Positions 33,625 to 46,144 of a stretch of 64,000 nt of DNA are shown here, piece after piece; positions within the stretch are counted from its first letter, which is position 1, and every line of letters begins with the position of its first letter. The stretch comes from an uncultured beta proteobacterium (lineage in GTDB: Bacteria > Pseudomonadota > Gammaproteobacteria > Burkholderiales > Rhodocyclaceae). The notes under the pieces are model-generated. The model saw only the letters and a list, made by a program, of their open reading frames with translations. It was not told where the DNA came from and searched no databases. The stretch lies in assembly GCA_947084915.1 (NCBI GenBank), contig CAMTUN010000030.1, positions 17,395 through 81,394 on the forward strand. Direction: 5' to 3'. A program made the translations under genes and the position numbers.

Positions 33625-33788
33625 CAGTTCGGCGATGTCCTCCCCTGCGTTGTGTCTTTCCTGAACGTGTTTGTGGTGCGCGGCGTTGATGAAGCCGGCG
33701 CCGGTCAAGCCGCAGGTTGCCGCGAGACCGGCTCCTTGCGCTCGTCGCCTCCGACCGCGCCTGGCGGGAGCGCCCTGAAGGGAGACTC

Positions 33789-34244
33789 TCAGGCGCGGGC
33801 GCGCGCATAGAGGCGAACGAGCGCGAGTTGAACGCGATCGGATTTTTGCCGAAAACCCGATCGCAGCTTGTCGCGGGCCTCGTCTGTCCTGCCATCATGC
33901 GCATCGCAAAGGATGTCGCCGGCCATGAGATGGAAATCGGCATGCGCCTTGACCAGCGAGTCGTATTCCGGGTACTGCGCGAATAGCCGCCTGGCCTCGC
34001 CGTGCAGCCATTGGCCCAAGGTGCAACGGTCGTCGGCCGCCACGACGCCGACTTCGAGTGATTCTCCGGATGAGCCTGCCAGCGTTTTTTCCAGACGCTC
34101 TTTCCATTTCAGGTGAGCTTCGAGGGCGAGGCGCATGTTCAGTCCGTGAAATTCCTCTTCATGCCTGCCGAATACGGGCATCCGGGGGCTTTCGTCCTTC
34201 CGTTCCGTCTTTTCAGTCTTGTGCAGCCAGTCCAGCAATCCCAT
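33789..34244 (-). CDS. Stand-alone CZB (chemoreceptor zinc-binding) domain protein
   Basis: AHLKW, DDRCTLGQWL, HADFH give the 3His-1Cys CZB ligand set. Confidence 0.88.
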   Translation of the reverse strand: MGLLDWLHKTEKTERKDESPRMPVFGRHEEEFHGLNMRLALEAHLKWKERLEKTLAGSSGESLEVGVVAADDRCTLGQWLHGEARRLFAQYPEYDSLVKAHADFHLMAGDILCDAHDGRTDEARDKLRSGFRQKSDRVQLALVRLYARARA

Positions 34245-34288
34245 GACTTCCCTCCTTCCATGTAATTGGAAACGAGCCGGCCGACGGG

Positions 34289-36856
34289 CTAGGCCCCCGG
34301 CGCCACCCAGTGCCGCTCCGCGGGCAGGAGCGGATGCGGCGGACCGATGTACTGCCCCTGGGCACAATCCAGGCCCATCCGCCGCAGCTCCGCCAGCACG
34401 GCAGCGGTCTCCACGTGCTCGGCCACCACGCAGATATCCAGATCGGCGGCCAGGGCGCACATGGTTCCGACGAAGGAGCGGTCTTTCGGATTCTCGAGGA
34501 TGTTCATGACGAACTCGCCCTCCAGCTTGAGATAGTCGATGGCGAAGCGGCGCAGGTAGTGGAACGACGAAAAGCCGGAACCGAAATCGTCGATGGCGAG
34601 GTTGAAGCCGTCGAACTTGAGATCGTTGAGCAGTTTCTCCAGGATGGCGATGTTCTTGACCGTGTCGCGCTCGGTGATTTCGAAGACGATGCGCTCCGGC
34701 GCGATGCCGCTGGCGGATACGATGGATTTCAGGGTACGGACAAAATCGCCCAGCACCAGCGCCCGCGGCGACAGGTTGATGAACAGGCAGCCGTCGAAGC
34801 CGCCGCGCGCCGCGGCATCGAGGGCCTGCTCGATCACCATGGCATCGAGGCGATGGATGACACCGGCCTTCTCGGCGAACTCGATGAACTTTTCCGCCAC
34901 GATGATGTTGCCGTTCTCGTTGATGCGCGACAGCACTTCATAGCCCAGCACGCGATCGGTATGCAGATCGAGGATCGGCTGGAAATAGGGCACCACCTTG
35001 CGCTCGCTGATGGCGTTGAGCACCAGCACGTTCATCTGATTGATGTCCCGGAACACCGCCGCCATGTCTTCGCCGGTGGGAACGCCGATGCGATGCTTGC
35101 CCGCGCCCTTGGCCTTGTACATCATGTTGTCGGCGAAGAGGAACAGGTCCTTCGGCTCCGCCGAATGAACCGGGTACACCGCCAGCCCGATGGATGCCGT
35201 CCCCTTGATCACCGTTCCGTCGGGCGCCTGGATCTCCATCCGCTCGACCGCTTCCAGCACCCGCTCGGCGACGGCGCGCCCCTCGTCGAGGTCGGCTTCG
35301 GGAACGAAGAGGGCGAACTCGTCGCCGCCGTAGCGGGCGAACACGTCTCCCAGCCGCAGGACGTGCTTCACCGCCACGGCAAACTCCTGCAGATAGCGGT
35401 CGCCGGTGACGTGGCCGAAGCTGTCGTTCACCAGCTTGAAATTGTCCAGATCGATCACCATCAGCGTGAACGGGCAGCCGTGGCGCTGGGAGCGCGCCAC
35501 CTCGTAGGCGAGCAGATCCCAGAACACCCGCCGGTTGAAGAGGTCGGTGAGCGGGTCGCGGGTGGCGTAATACTCCAGGTCGCGGGTGTATTTGTAGATG
35601 GCCTTGATGGAGCCCACCACGTTGAGCATGGTGGACAGCACGCTGTCCATCACCAGGCGCACCGTGTCGTCTTCGAGCGCCGCGGCATTGACGCCGATGC
35701 CGACAATGCCGCCGATCTTCGGCTGCTCGACCGTGAGGGTCTTGGTGTGCAGTCGCATGGCGTCCTCGTCCAGCACCAGGTCGGCAGGGCCGTTCCTGGG
35801 CTCGTGATGATGGACGTTGATGGTGGTGGTGTACCCGGAAAAACGCGGGTCCGCCGCCAGGCAGCCGCGCACGTGGCGCTCCATCATGTCGCGGCTGGCC
35901 GCATCCGGCCGGCCCCGCCAGAAGATCTCGATGTCGAACAGCTCGTCCCCCACCTGGAACACCGAGAACAGGACATGGGTGGTGACCACCTGGTTGATGT
36001 CCGCCAGAAGCTGGGCGATGGATTCCTTCCAGTCGCGCACCACTTCCGAAGTGATGACGAACTTCTCCAGCAGGCCGATCTCGAAGCGCAGCACTTCCTT
36101 GTCGACGGCGATGCTCTTCAGCTTGTCCACCAATTCGCCCAGGTGGGCAAAGAGCCGGTTCAACTCGTCGAAGCCGAGGTCGTGGCGGTCGAAGCGCACC
36201 TGCTTGAGGTCGGCGACGGCATTCACGCTCGACACGCTCTCATCCACCAGTTCGATGGAACGCTCGATGCGGCGATTGACGACCCATACCGCGAAGGCCG
36301 CCACGATCATCGCCAGGGGCGCCAGCAGGGCCAGCATGCCGCCGAACTCGCCTCTCGCCTGCGCTATCAGCGGCCCCAGGTCCTGGCGCACGTCGATGGC
36401 CCCCAGCACGTCGCCGACGCGTGCATCGTTGTGGCAGCGCAGGCAGCGCTCCTCGGCGTTGAGGGGAATGACGTTCCTCACCTGCCAGCCGGCCTCCAGG
36501 CTCACCGCCTGCCCCGAGCCCAGCACGCGCCGCAGCGTCTCGTCGAGTAGCGGCTGTTCGATTTCGCCGTATTCCTTCGCCACCACGGCGCCGCGGTAAA
36601 TCTGCACCGTCGTCGGCGAATTGAGTGTCGCGTTGCGGGTAGCCTCGATGAACGCCTCGGCCTGCTTGCGCCGCCAGCCGGCGCTCATGATCTGGTACAT
36701 GCCGCTGAAGGTCACCTGCGCCAGGGCCGCCGAGGACTGCAGCGCGTTCTGCTTGATGGCGTGGTCGAAGATGCGGCTGATCATCACGTAGCTGCCGCCA
36801 AAAAACCCGATCGCCACCACAGCCGACGAGGCCATGATGAACGTGCGAAGACGCAT
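34289..36856 (-). CDS. Membrane-bound GGDEF-EAL protein with periplasmic heme-c (CxxCH) sensor
   Basis: Two TMs flanking CLRCH; RLGD I-site and GGDEF; EVL and DDFGSGFSS. Confidence 0.92.
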   Translation of the reverse strand: MRLRTFIMASSAVVAIGFFGGSYVMISRIFDHAIKQNALQSSAALAQVTFSGMYQIMSAGWRRKQAEAFIEATRNATLNSPTTVQIYRGAVVAKEYGEIEQPLLDETLRRVLGSGQAVSLEAGWQVRNVIPLNAEERCLRCHNDARVGDVLGAIDVRQDLGPLIAQARGEFGGMLALLAPLAMIVAAFAVWVVNRRIERSIELVDESVSSVNAVADLKQVRFDRHDLGFDELNRLFAHLGELVDKLKSIAVDKEVLRFEIGLLEKFVITSEVVRDWKESIAQLLADINQVVTTHVLFSVFQVGDELFDIEIFWRGRPDAASRDMMERHVRGCLAADPRFSGYTTTINVHHHEPRNGPADLVLDEDAMRLHTKTLTVEQPKIGGIVGIGVNAAALEDDTVRLVMDSVLSTMLNVVGSIKAIYKYTRDLEYYATRDPLTDLFNRRVFWDLLAYEVARSQRHGCPFTLMVIDLDNFKLVNDSFGHVTGDRYLQEFAVAVKHVLRLGDVFARYGGDEFALFVPEADLDEGRAVAERVLEAVERMEIQAPDGTVIKGTASIGLAVYPVHSAEPKDLFLFADNMMYKAKGAGKHRIGVPTGEDMAAVFRDINQMNVLVLNAISERKVVPYFQPILDLHTDRVLGYEVLSRINENGNIIVAEKFIEFAEKAGVIHRLDAMVIEQALDAAARGGFDGCLFINLSPRALVLGDFVRTLKSIVSASGIAPERIVFEITERDTVKNIAILEKLLNDLKFDGFNLAIDDFGSGFSSFHYLRRFAIDYLKLEGEFVMNILENPKDRSFVGTMCALAADLDICVVAEHVETAAVLAELRRMGLDCAQGQYIGPPHPLLPAERHWVAPGA

Positions 36857-36942
36857 GGTGCTTCCCTCCCCTCAAGGCCGCCGGATACCTTGCGGCCACG
36901 CTCCCGCGATAGCGGAAGCCTTGTTTTTGTTCCGCGTCCGAC

Positions 36943-37743
36943 TTACTTCAGGTCGGCGTAGAGTCCCGTCAGTTCGTCGGCGATTTCCAGGATGCGCTCG
37001 CTGGTCGTGGCCACATGGCGCGCTTCGGCCGGGCTGTAGCCGCCCCATTTTCCGGCCGTGCACGCCGCCAGCATGAAATCCCACTGGTCGCCGAGCATGG
37101 CCAGCAGGTGCTTGATGTCGCCGCTGTTCTGCGGGAACGCCTTCAGCGTCGCCAATGCACCGGAGAAGTCGGCGCGGGCCTTCTCGAACGTCGCCTTGTC
37201 GGCGCTCTCCCCGACGCCCCAGGCGGCGTAGAAATAAAAGCGGGCCATCCGCTGCGAGAGCATCCTCTGCCGCCCGGCGAGATTCACCACCGCCGCCGTC
37301 TCGCCGCCCACCGCCGCTTCGAAAAGCCCGGTGAGCCTGTCGGCCTCGACGAGCAGACCGTCACCCAGCCTGGCGACCTGTTTCGCCTCGTTCTTCGCGG
37401 GGGCGACAGTGGCAAGGTCGCGGAACGCAGCCCAGGTCTTCTCGACCTTCGCCAACTGGGCCTTGAGCGTTTCGGCCGTCGCGGCGGCGCGCAAATCCAC
37501 TACGCTGCCGTTTGCCTGCATGACCGAACGGGCAAGGATATTCAGCGACTCGTTCTGCATCAGGCCGAGCCCAACCTGAGCGTAGGCCTTCAGGATGCGC
37601 TGCGACAACATGCGCATCCGCCCGGACTTGTTGACTGCCTGCCGACCGGGCGGGGTTGCATTCGCCGCGAATGCACGCAAGCTTGCCGCGGCGGCGACCC
37701 CGCCTGCGGCAACCAGAAAACGACGGCGCGAGTTTCCCGTCAT
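36943..37743 (-). CDS. Tat-exported protein with two PilJ/NarX-like sensor domains
   Basis: SRRRFL Tat motif; repeats VNKSGRMRMLSQRI and VNLAGRQRMLSQRM. Confidence 0.85.
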   Translation of the reverse strand: MTGNSRRRFLVAAGGVAAAASLRAFAANATPPGRQAVNKSGRMRMLSQRILKAYAQVGLGLMQNESLNILARSVMQANGSVVDLRAAATAETLKAQLAKVEKTWAAFRDLATVAPAKNEAKQVARLGDGLLVEADRLTGLFEAAVGGETAAVVNLAGRQRMLSQRMARFYFYAAWGVGESADKATFEKARADFSGALATLKAFPQNSGDIKHLLAMLGDQWDFMLAACTAGKWGGYSPAEARHVATTSERILEIADELTGLYADLK

Positions 37744-37911
37744 GAATCGACTCCGGAATTGTTGTAGTCATTAAAAAGGGGCCGGGCCGTTGCGGCGGGC
37801 CGCGGCTTGCTTTTATGCGGCATGGGCGTCCTGCACAGCGGCTACCGTCATGCATGATGAATTTCCGGTCCCACCGACCGCGCAACCTGACCGACCCCGC
37901 CGTCTCATACC

Positions 37912-37925
37912 TTGATACAAGTCAA
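37912..37925. promoter_or_regulatory. FNR/DNR-type binding site
   Basis: TTGATACAAGTCAA (TTGAT-N4-ATCAA, 1 mismatch) ~170 bp upstream of 37743. Confidence 0.65.
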
Positions 37926-38014
37926 CATCCTGACTACCTTTTTGCAACCTTTATAATTTGCAGCCAACATAACCTAATATGGGATATCCCGCAACAGGTT
38001 ATTAACGTGCGCGG

Positions 38015-38257
38015 ATGCCCAACCCGCTGCACGATCCCCGATACGCGATTTTTCGCGCTCTGCTTGTGTCCGAGCGTAAGCGCAAGGGACTTACGCAGGT
38101 GGAAGTTGCCGCCCGGCTGGGCAGGCCGCAAAGCTATGTGTCGAAGTACGAACGCGGCGAACGCCGTCTGGACATCATCGAATTCCTCGATGTGGCAAAG
38201 GCGCTCGGGGTTGATCCCCCGGCGCTCTTCCGGCTACTGGCGGGAAAAATAGGGTAA
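38015..38257 (+). CDS. XRE-family HTH regulator
   Basis: GLTQVEVAARLGRPQSYVSKYERGERRLD. Confidence 0.9.
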   Translation: MPNPLHDPRYAIFRALLVSERKRKGLTQVEVAARLGRPQSYVSKYERGERRLDIIEFLDVAKALGVDPPALFRLLAGKIG

Positions 38258-38341
38258 GCGATGTTGTCGCCGTATTGCAGGGACTTTTTGCAGGCTGTTG
38301 AAAACCCCCGCCCACATCGGCGCCCTAGCCGACTGGCGATC

Positions 38342-38363
38342 TGTAGCACATGAGTGCTACAAT
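38342..38363 (+). promoter_or_regulatory. TA operator overlapping the -10 box
   Basis: Perfect inverted repeat TGTAGCAC-N4-GTGCTACA overlapping TACAAT. Confidence 0.75.
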
Positions 38364-38394
38364 ATCGACACGGCAACTACTACAAGGGGCAGCC

Positions 38395-38679
38395 ATGTCC
38401 ACAACCACGATCCGCCTTCCGGAGGATCTGAAAGCTCGCATCGCCGCAGCCGCAAAGCGCGCGGGCACGACGCCGCACAGTTTTATCCTGGAGGCCATCG
38501 CGGAGAAAGCGGATCAGGAGGAGCGGCGCGCGGATTTCAATGAAGCCGCCGAGAAGCGCTTCGCCCGCATCGTGGCCTCGGGGAAAACGATTCCCTGGAA
38601 TGAAATGCGCAGCTATCTCGAAGACCGCTTGGCGAGTAAATCGGCGAAGCGTCCGGCGGCACGGAAGCTGGCGCGCTGA
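38395..38679 (+). CDS. Ribbon-helix-helix antitoxin
   Basis: MSTTTIRLPEDLKARI RHH start, GKTIPWNEM C-terminus; precedes the toxin. Confidence 0.85.
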   Translation: MSTTTIRLPEDLKARIAAAAKRAGTTPHSFILEAIAEKADQEERRADFNEAAEKRFARIVASGKTIPWNEMRSYLEDRLASKSAKRPAARKLAR

Positions 38680-38681
38680 GG

Positions 38682-38984
38682 ATGTCGCGCATCGAACTGG
38701 CGCCCGAAGCGGGAGACGACTTCGATCGCATCCTCGACCACCTTGCCCAATACGAAGTCGATGACGCGCCCTCCCGCATCAGTGAAATCATTCAGGCGAT
38801 CACCGTGCTCGAACACAACCCCCTCATCGGTCGACCCGTTCTGGCAGACATGCGCGAACTGGTGATAGGGCGCCGCTCCCGCGGCTATGTGGCTTTGTAC
38901 CGCTACGTCGCCGAGATCGACACGGTCTTCGTGCTGGCCCTGCGCAGCCAGCGGGAGGCGGGCTACACAAGAACGCAAACCTGA
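38682..38984 (+). CDS. RelE/ParE-family toxin
   Basis: LAPEAGDDFDRI, NPLIGRP, RELVIG, GYVALYRY, VLALRSQRE. Confidence 0.88.
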   Translation: MSRIELAPEAGDDFDRILDHLAQYEVDDAPSRISEIIQAITVLEHNPLIGRPVLADMRELVIGRRSRGYVALYRYVAEIDTVFVLALRSQREAGYTRTQT

Positions 38985-39070
38985 ACAAACCGGGTATGGC
39001 CCACTGTGGTTGCACGCAGGCCATCGCGCGCCGAGGCGATCCACTATCGCCGTATTGCGGGGACTGACTT

Positions 39071-40357
39071 CTAGTTTGCGGTCTGCTTGCAGTACGTCTC
39101 GCGCGTCAGCATGATGCAGACGAAAGAAACCGCCACCCAGGCGAACACCAGCGTGAAGCCGGCCTGCCAGGCCGCGGCATCGTAGACGCGCACGCCGTTG
39201 GTCGCGGCGCCGCTCCAGTTTCGGTCGAGCATCCAGCCCACCGCCGGCTGCAGGATCATGACGCCCATCATGGTGCCCATATTGGTCACGCCGGAGGCCG
39301 TGCCGGTCAGGCGCAGGGGCGCCGATTCCTTGGCGAAGGCGAAGCCGATGATGATGCTACCCGAGACGAAACCCAGCAGCATCAGCAGCCCGACCAGCAG
39401 CGGCAGCGGCAGCACCGGCACGAAGATGACCACGCCCCAGCCGAGCAGGGCCAGGGTGCTGGTCGCGACATACAGGGGCTTGCGCCGCCCGATGCGCTCC
39501 GACCAGGCGCCGAGCAGCGGCCCGCCGAGCGCCCACGCCACAAGTTGCGCCGAGGCGATGGCGGCCGCTTCGCGTGCGTTGAGTCCGTACACCTGCATCA
39601 GCCAGGGCACGCCCCACAGCCCCGCGAAGGTCATCACCGCGCCGGCCACGCCGCCCGGCGTGATCATCAGCAGCCAGGTGTTGCGATACGACATCACCTC
39701 CTGCAGGCCGCGCCAGACCGAACCGTGCGCGGTCTCCCCGTGCGTGCCGCTGTAGTGGCTGGCATAGCCGGCTTCGGCCGGATCGTCGCGCACGCGCAGC
39801 CAGATGGCGGCGCAGAGCAGGGCCGTCACCGCCGCCGTGACGCCCATCACCGGCCGCCAGCCGAAGGCCTCCACCAGCAGGCGCAGCGGCACGCCGGCAA
39901 AGACGCCGCCGACGATGCCGACGAACAGCGCCATGCCGGAGGCGAGCGTGAACTGCCGCGGCGTGAACCAGTGGCTGGCCAGCTTGAGCATGGAAACAAA
40001 GGCCACCGCTACCGAGCCGCCGATGAGCAGGCGGCCGGCACTGGCCCACCACAGGTTCGGCGCGAAGGCGAACAGCAGCGTGCCCAGCGCCGCACCCCCT
40101 GCGCCGAGCGTCAGCAGGCGGCGCGGACCCCAGCGGTCGGCAATGACGCCCGTCGGGATCTGCATCGCCACATAGGAATAGAAATAGAAGGCCGAGAGGT
40201 TGCCCAGCGCCGCCGCGCCGATGGCGAAATCCGTCATCAGCCGGTCGGTGATAACCGCCGGCGCGACGCGCTGATAAAAGCCGATGAGGTAGAGCAGGGC
40301 GCCCAGGCCCCAGACGAACCAGGCCAGTCGGGCTGGCGGGTAGTGCTTTTCCGTCAT
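39071..40357 (-). CDS. MFS transporter
   Basis: 12-TM pattern, GVIADRWGPRR motif A. Confidence 0.9.
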   Translation of the reverse strand: MTEKHYPPARLAWFVWGLGALLYLIGFYQRVAPAVITDRLMTDFAIGAAALGNLSAFYFYSYVAMQIPTGVIADRWGPRRLLTLGAGGAALGTLLFAFAPNLWWASAGRLLIGGSVAVAFVSMLKLASHWFTPRQFTLASGMALFVGIVGGVFAGVPLRLLVEAFGWRPVMGVTAAVTALLCAAIWLRVRDDPAEAGYASHYSGTHGETAHGSVWRGLQEVMSYRNTWLLMITPGGVAGAVMTFAGLWGVPWLMQVYGLNAREAAAIASAQLVAWALGGPLLGAWSERIGRRKPLYVATSTLALLGWGVVIFVPVLPLPLLVGLLMLLGFVSGSIIIGFAFAKESAPLRLTGTASGVTNMGTMMGVMILQPAVGWMLDRNWSGAATNGVRVYDAAAWQAGFTLVFAWVAVSFVCIMLTRETYCKQTAN

Positions 40358-40358
40358 G

Positions 40359-40895
40359 TCACGAGAACGCTTGCGCCCACCACAGGCGGGCGCGCAATCC
40401 CCAGCCGGTGGTATAGCCGATGCCTGAGAAACGGATGGCGCCGCTGCGGTCGACGACGAACCAGGCCGGCGTGGCGCGCACGCCGAGTGCCCAGGCGATC
40501 TCGCCGCGCGCATCCACCAGCGCCGGATAAGTCAGGCCGCGCTCCCGCATGAATTTCGCCACGATCTCGACATCGCCGGACTGCATCGCCAGGGTCATCA
40601 CCGGCCAGTCCTGCGCGACGGATGTGATGGCGCCTTCTTCGGCACGGCAGATCGGACAGGAACTGGACCAGACATACAGCAGCAACGGCTTGCCGCCGGC
40701 CTCGCGCAGCATCGCTTCGAGGCTGGTCTGACCGCCGTCGGCAAGCTGCCCGGCCAACGGCGGCATCGTGCCGCCCTGCATTTCGCGCGACTGCCAGAAC
40801 TGGATGGCAACAAAAATCAGCAGAAAGGCCCAGACCTCCCAGGGCAAGCCGAAGCGCCGCCGCGACGGCGGCGCCGGTTCAAGCGCGCTCAGCAC
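40359..40895 (-). CDS. Membrane-anchored thioredoxin-like (TlpA/redoxin) protein
   Basis: N-terminal TM, WSSSCPIC, GVRATP cis-Pro. Confidence 0.85.
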   Translation of the reverse strand: MLSALEPAPPSRRRFGLPWEVWAFLLIFVAIQFWQSREMQGGTMPPLAGQLADGGQTSLEAMLREAGGKPLLLYVWSSSCPICRAEEGAITSVAQDWPVMTLAMQSGDVEIVAKFMRERGLTYPALVDARGEIAWALGVRATPAWFVVDRSGAIRFSGIGYTTGWGLRARLWWAQAFS

Positions 40896-41275
40896 TGCTC
40901 CCAGGGCAGCCCGTCGAAGCGCCAGCCGGCCTTGGTGCCGCGGCGGTGGTGGTCGTCCAGTTCGCCCTCGAAGCCGTGCAGCACGTTGAACACCTGGGTG
41001 AAGCCGGCCTGCTCCAGGGCCTGTCCGGCGGACACCGAGCGGTTACCGCTGCGGCAGATGAGCACGATGGGGCGGTCGACGCTGGCAGCTTTCTTCACAT
41101 GGGCAACGAAGTGCGGGTTGATGTCCCAGTCCGGGCCATCGTTCCAGGGGATCATCATGGCGCCGACAGGATGGCCGACGAAGAGGAACTCCATCTCGCT
41201 GCGGCAGTCGATGAAGAGCGCGGTCGGATTGTCGTGCAGGAACTGGTTGGCGGCCTTGGGTTCGAGGTGTTTCAT
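40889..41275 (-). CDS. Rhodanese-like domain protein
   Basis: IDCRS, GHPVGA, ICRSGNRS, HGFEG. Confidence 0.92.
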   Translation of the reverse strand: MKHLEPKAANQFLHDNPTALFIDCRSEMEFLFVGHPVGAMMIPWNDGPDWDINPHFVAHVKKAASVDRPIVLICRSGNRSVSAGQALEQAGFTQVFNVLHGFEGELDDHHRRGTKAGWRFDGLPWEQC

Positions 41276-41355
41276 GACTGTTCTCCTGAATGCGCTTCGA
41301 GTATAGCAGAGGCATTCCGGCGAATTTGATGCCGCCCGGAAGCCGGATTACACTG

Positions 41356-41967
41356 ATGTTCGCAAATACCGGGAAACGAACTTTGCACAAACTGATCGGT
41401 TCTTTTTTGGCAGCCCTCCTCCTGCTCGCCGGCGCCGGCTGCGCACATCTCGGCGTAAGCGGTTTTGCGCCGGGCCACACCACCGAAACGGAGTTGCGAG
41501 CAAAGCTGGGCGCCCCCGACAGGGTCTGGACGGAGCCCGACGGCGGACGGCTGCTCGAGTTTTCCGGCCAGCCGAACGGCGCCTTCTGCTACATGATTGC
41601 CATCGGGCCCGACGGCAAGGTGCGCGAGATTCGTCAGGCCTTCACCGATGCCAACTTCGCCCGCGTCGTGCCGGGCCTGACGCAGGACGAAACGCGTCGC
41701 CTGCTCGGCGCACCCGAGGAAAAGCTACGCTTTGCGCTGAAGCCCGACGAGGATGCCTGGTCCTGGCGCATCGAGGACACCACGGAAAAAACCGTGCACT
41801 TCAATGCCTACTTCGGCGCCGACGGCCGGCTGCTGCGCACCGACCGCAGCGTCTTCTACAAGGCGAGCGGCCCCGGTTTCACCCGGCGCGCACCCCAAGG
41901 GTACTTCCTTCGGGCGGATTTGACAGCTTTTCCCGGCGAGGTTAAGGTTCGCCTCGCGCCGATTTGA
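41356..41967 (+). CDS. SmpA/OmlA (BamE)-like lipoprotein
   Basis: Lipobox AGAGC, LGAP repeats, VVPGLTQDETRRLLGAP; C-terminal tail contains element C and runs over the metH promoter. Confidence 0.75.
   Translation: MFANTGKRTLHKLIGSFLAALLLLAGAGCAHLGVSGFAPGHTTETELRAKLGAPDRVWTEPDGGRLLEFSGQPNGAFCYMIAIGPDGKVREIRQAFTDANFARVVPGLTQDETRRLLGAPEEKLRFALKPDEDAWSWRIEDTTEKTVHFNAYFGADGRLLRTDRSVFYKASGPGFTRRAPQGYFLRADLTAFPGEVKVRLAPI
41890..41915 (+). repeat. Element C copy (3 nt shorter variant)
   Basis: GCACCCCAAGGGTACTTCCTTCGGGC. Confidence 0.8.
41920..41948 (+). promoter_or_regulatory. Sigma70 promoter of metH
   Basis: TTGACA-N17-TAAGGT immediately upstream of the riboswitch. Confidence 0.7.
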
Positions 41968-42010
41968 GATCAGCTTGCGGGGCGCGAACCAAATTCCGCT
42001 AAAGCGAGCG
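41955..42010 (+). ncRNA. SAM-II riboswitch (metH leader)
   Basis: CGCGCCGATTTGAGATCAGCTTGCGGGGCGCG..AAATTCCGCTAAAGCGAG; paralog of 9621-9680. Confidence 0.85.
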
Positions 42011-42011
42011 C

Positions 42012-42045
42012 AAACCCGTTCGCCCCACAGACGAGCGGGTTTTTT
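42012..42045 (+). terminator. Intrinsic terminator of the metH leader
   Basis: AAACCCGTTCG...CGAGCGGGTTTTTT. Confidence 0.75.
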
Positions 42046-42065
42046 ATTTCCGTAACGAGCCGAAC

Positions 42066-45760
<3,695 letters not shown>

Positions 45761-45764
<4 letters not shown>

Positions 45765-46090
45765 ACGCCCCAGACCACCGGTTCGTTTTCCTTCAGGGAA
45801 AATTCCAGCAGTTCGATCAGCGGCACCGCGCGGCGCGCCAGACTGACGTGCTCGCGCTTGCCGCCCTCGGGCGTCTTCTCGAAGAGGCGTTCATCGTGGT
45901 CGCGGGGCGGACTGACCGACTTGTCCTGCGTTACGGCGGCCTTCAGGCGGGCGATGGCCTCCGGCAGTTGCTCCGCGGTGACGATACCCTTTTCTCCGGG
46001 CGCCTTGCCCATGATTTCCATCATGGCGTAGGCAACGTCGCCGAACATCATGACGTCGCCGGCGGCCCTGGATTTGAAGACGACTAACAT
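45761..46090 (-). CDS. DUF1840 family protein
   Basis: [20 protein letters not shown]...[10 protein letters not shown]...VVWGV. Confidence 0.85.
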
Positions 46091-46144
46091 GGCGACCATT
46101 CTATCCCGCCCCCGTATAATTGCCGAATACACCGGACTACTGGC

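Larger units (their letters stand above)
32992..39074. mobile_element. Islet bounded by direct repeats of the comM 3' end (attL/attR-like); no integrase present
   Basis: 32992-33037 vs 39029-39074 are 40/46 identical; a partial third copy lies at 38267-38285. Confidence 0.75.

Noticed and set aside
37745-37905. Possible c-di-GMP riboswitch in the long leader of the sensor operon
   Set aside because: Lacks the GGCAAA/GNRA/GACGCAAA pattern; only a weak hairpin plus U-tract is visible
38289-38304. CAGGCTGTTGAAAA looks like an IS terminal repeat
   Set aside because: Solitary and short, with no partner end or transposase; cannot be supported
33038-39028. Integron cassette array
   Set aside because: No recognisable attC sites or intI; the boundaries are comM-derived repeats
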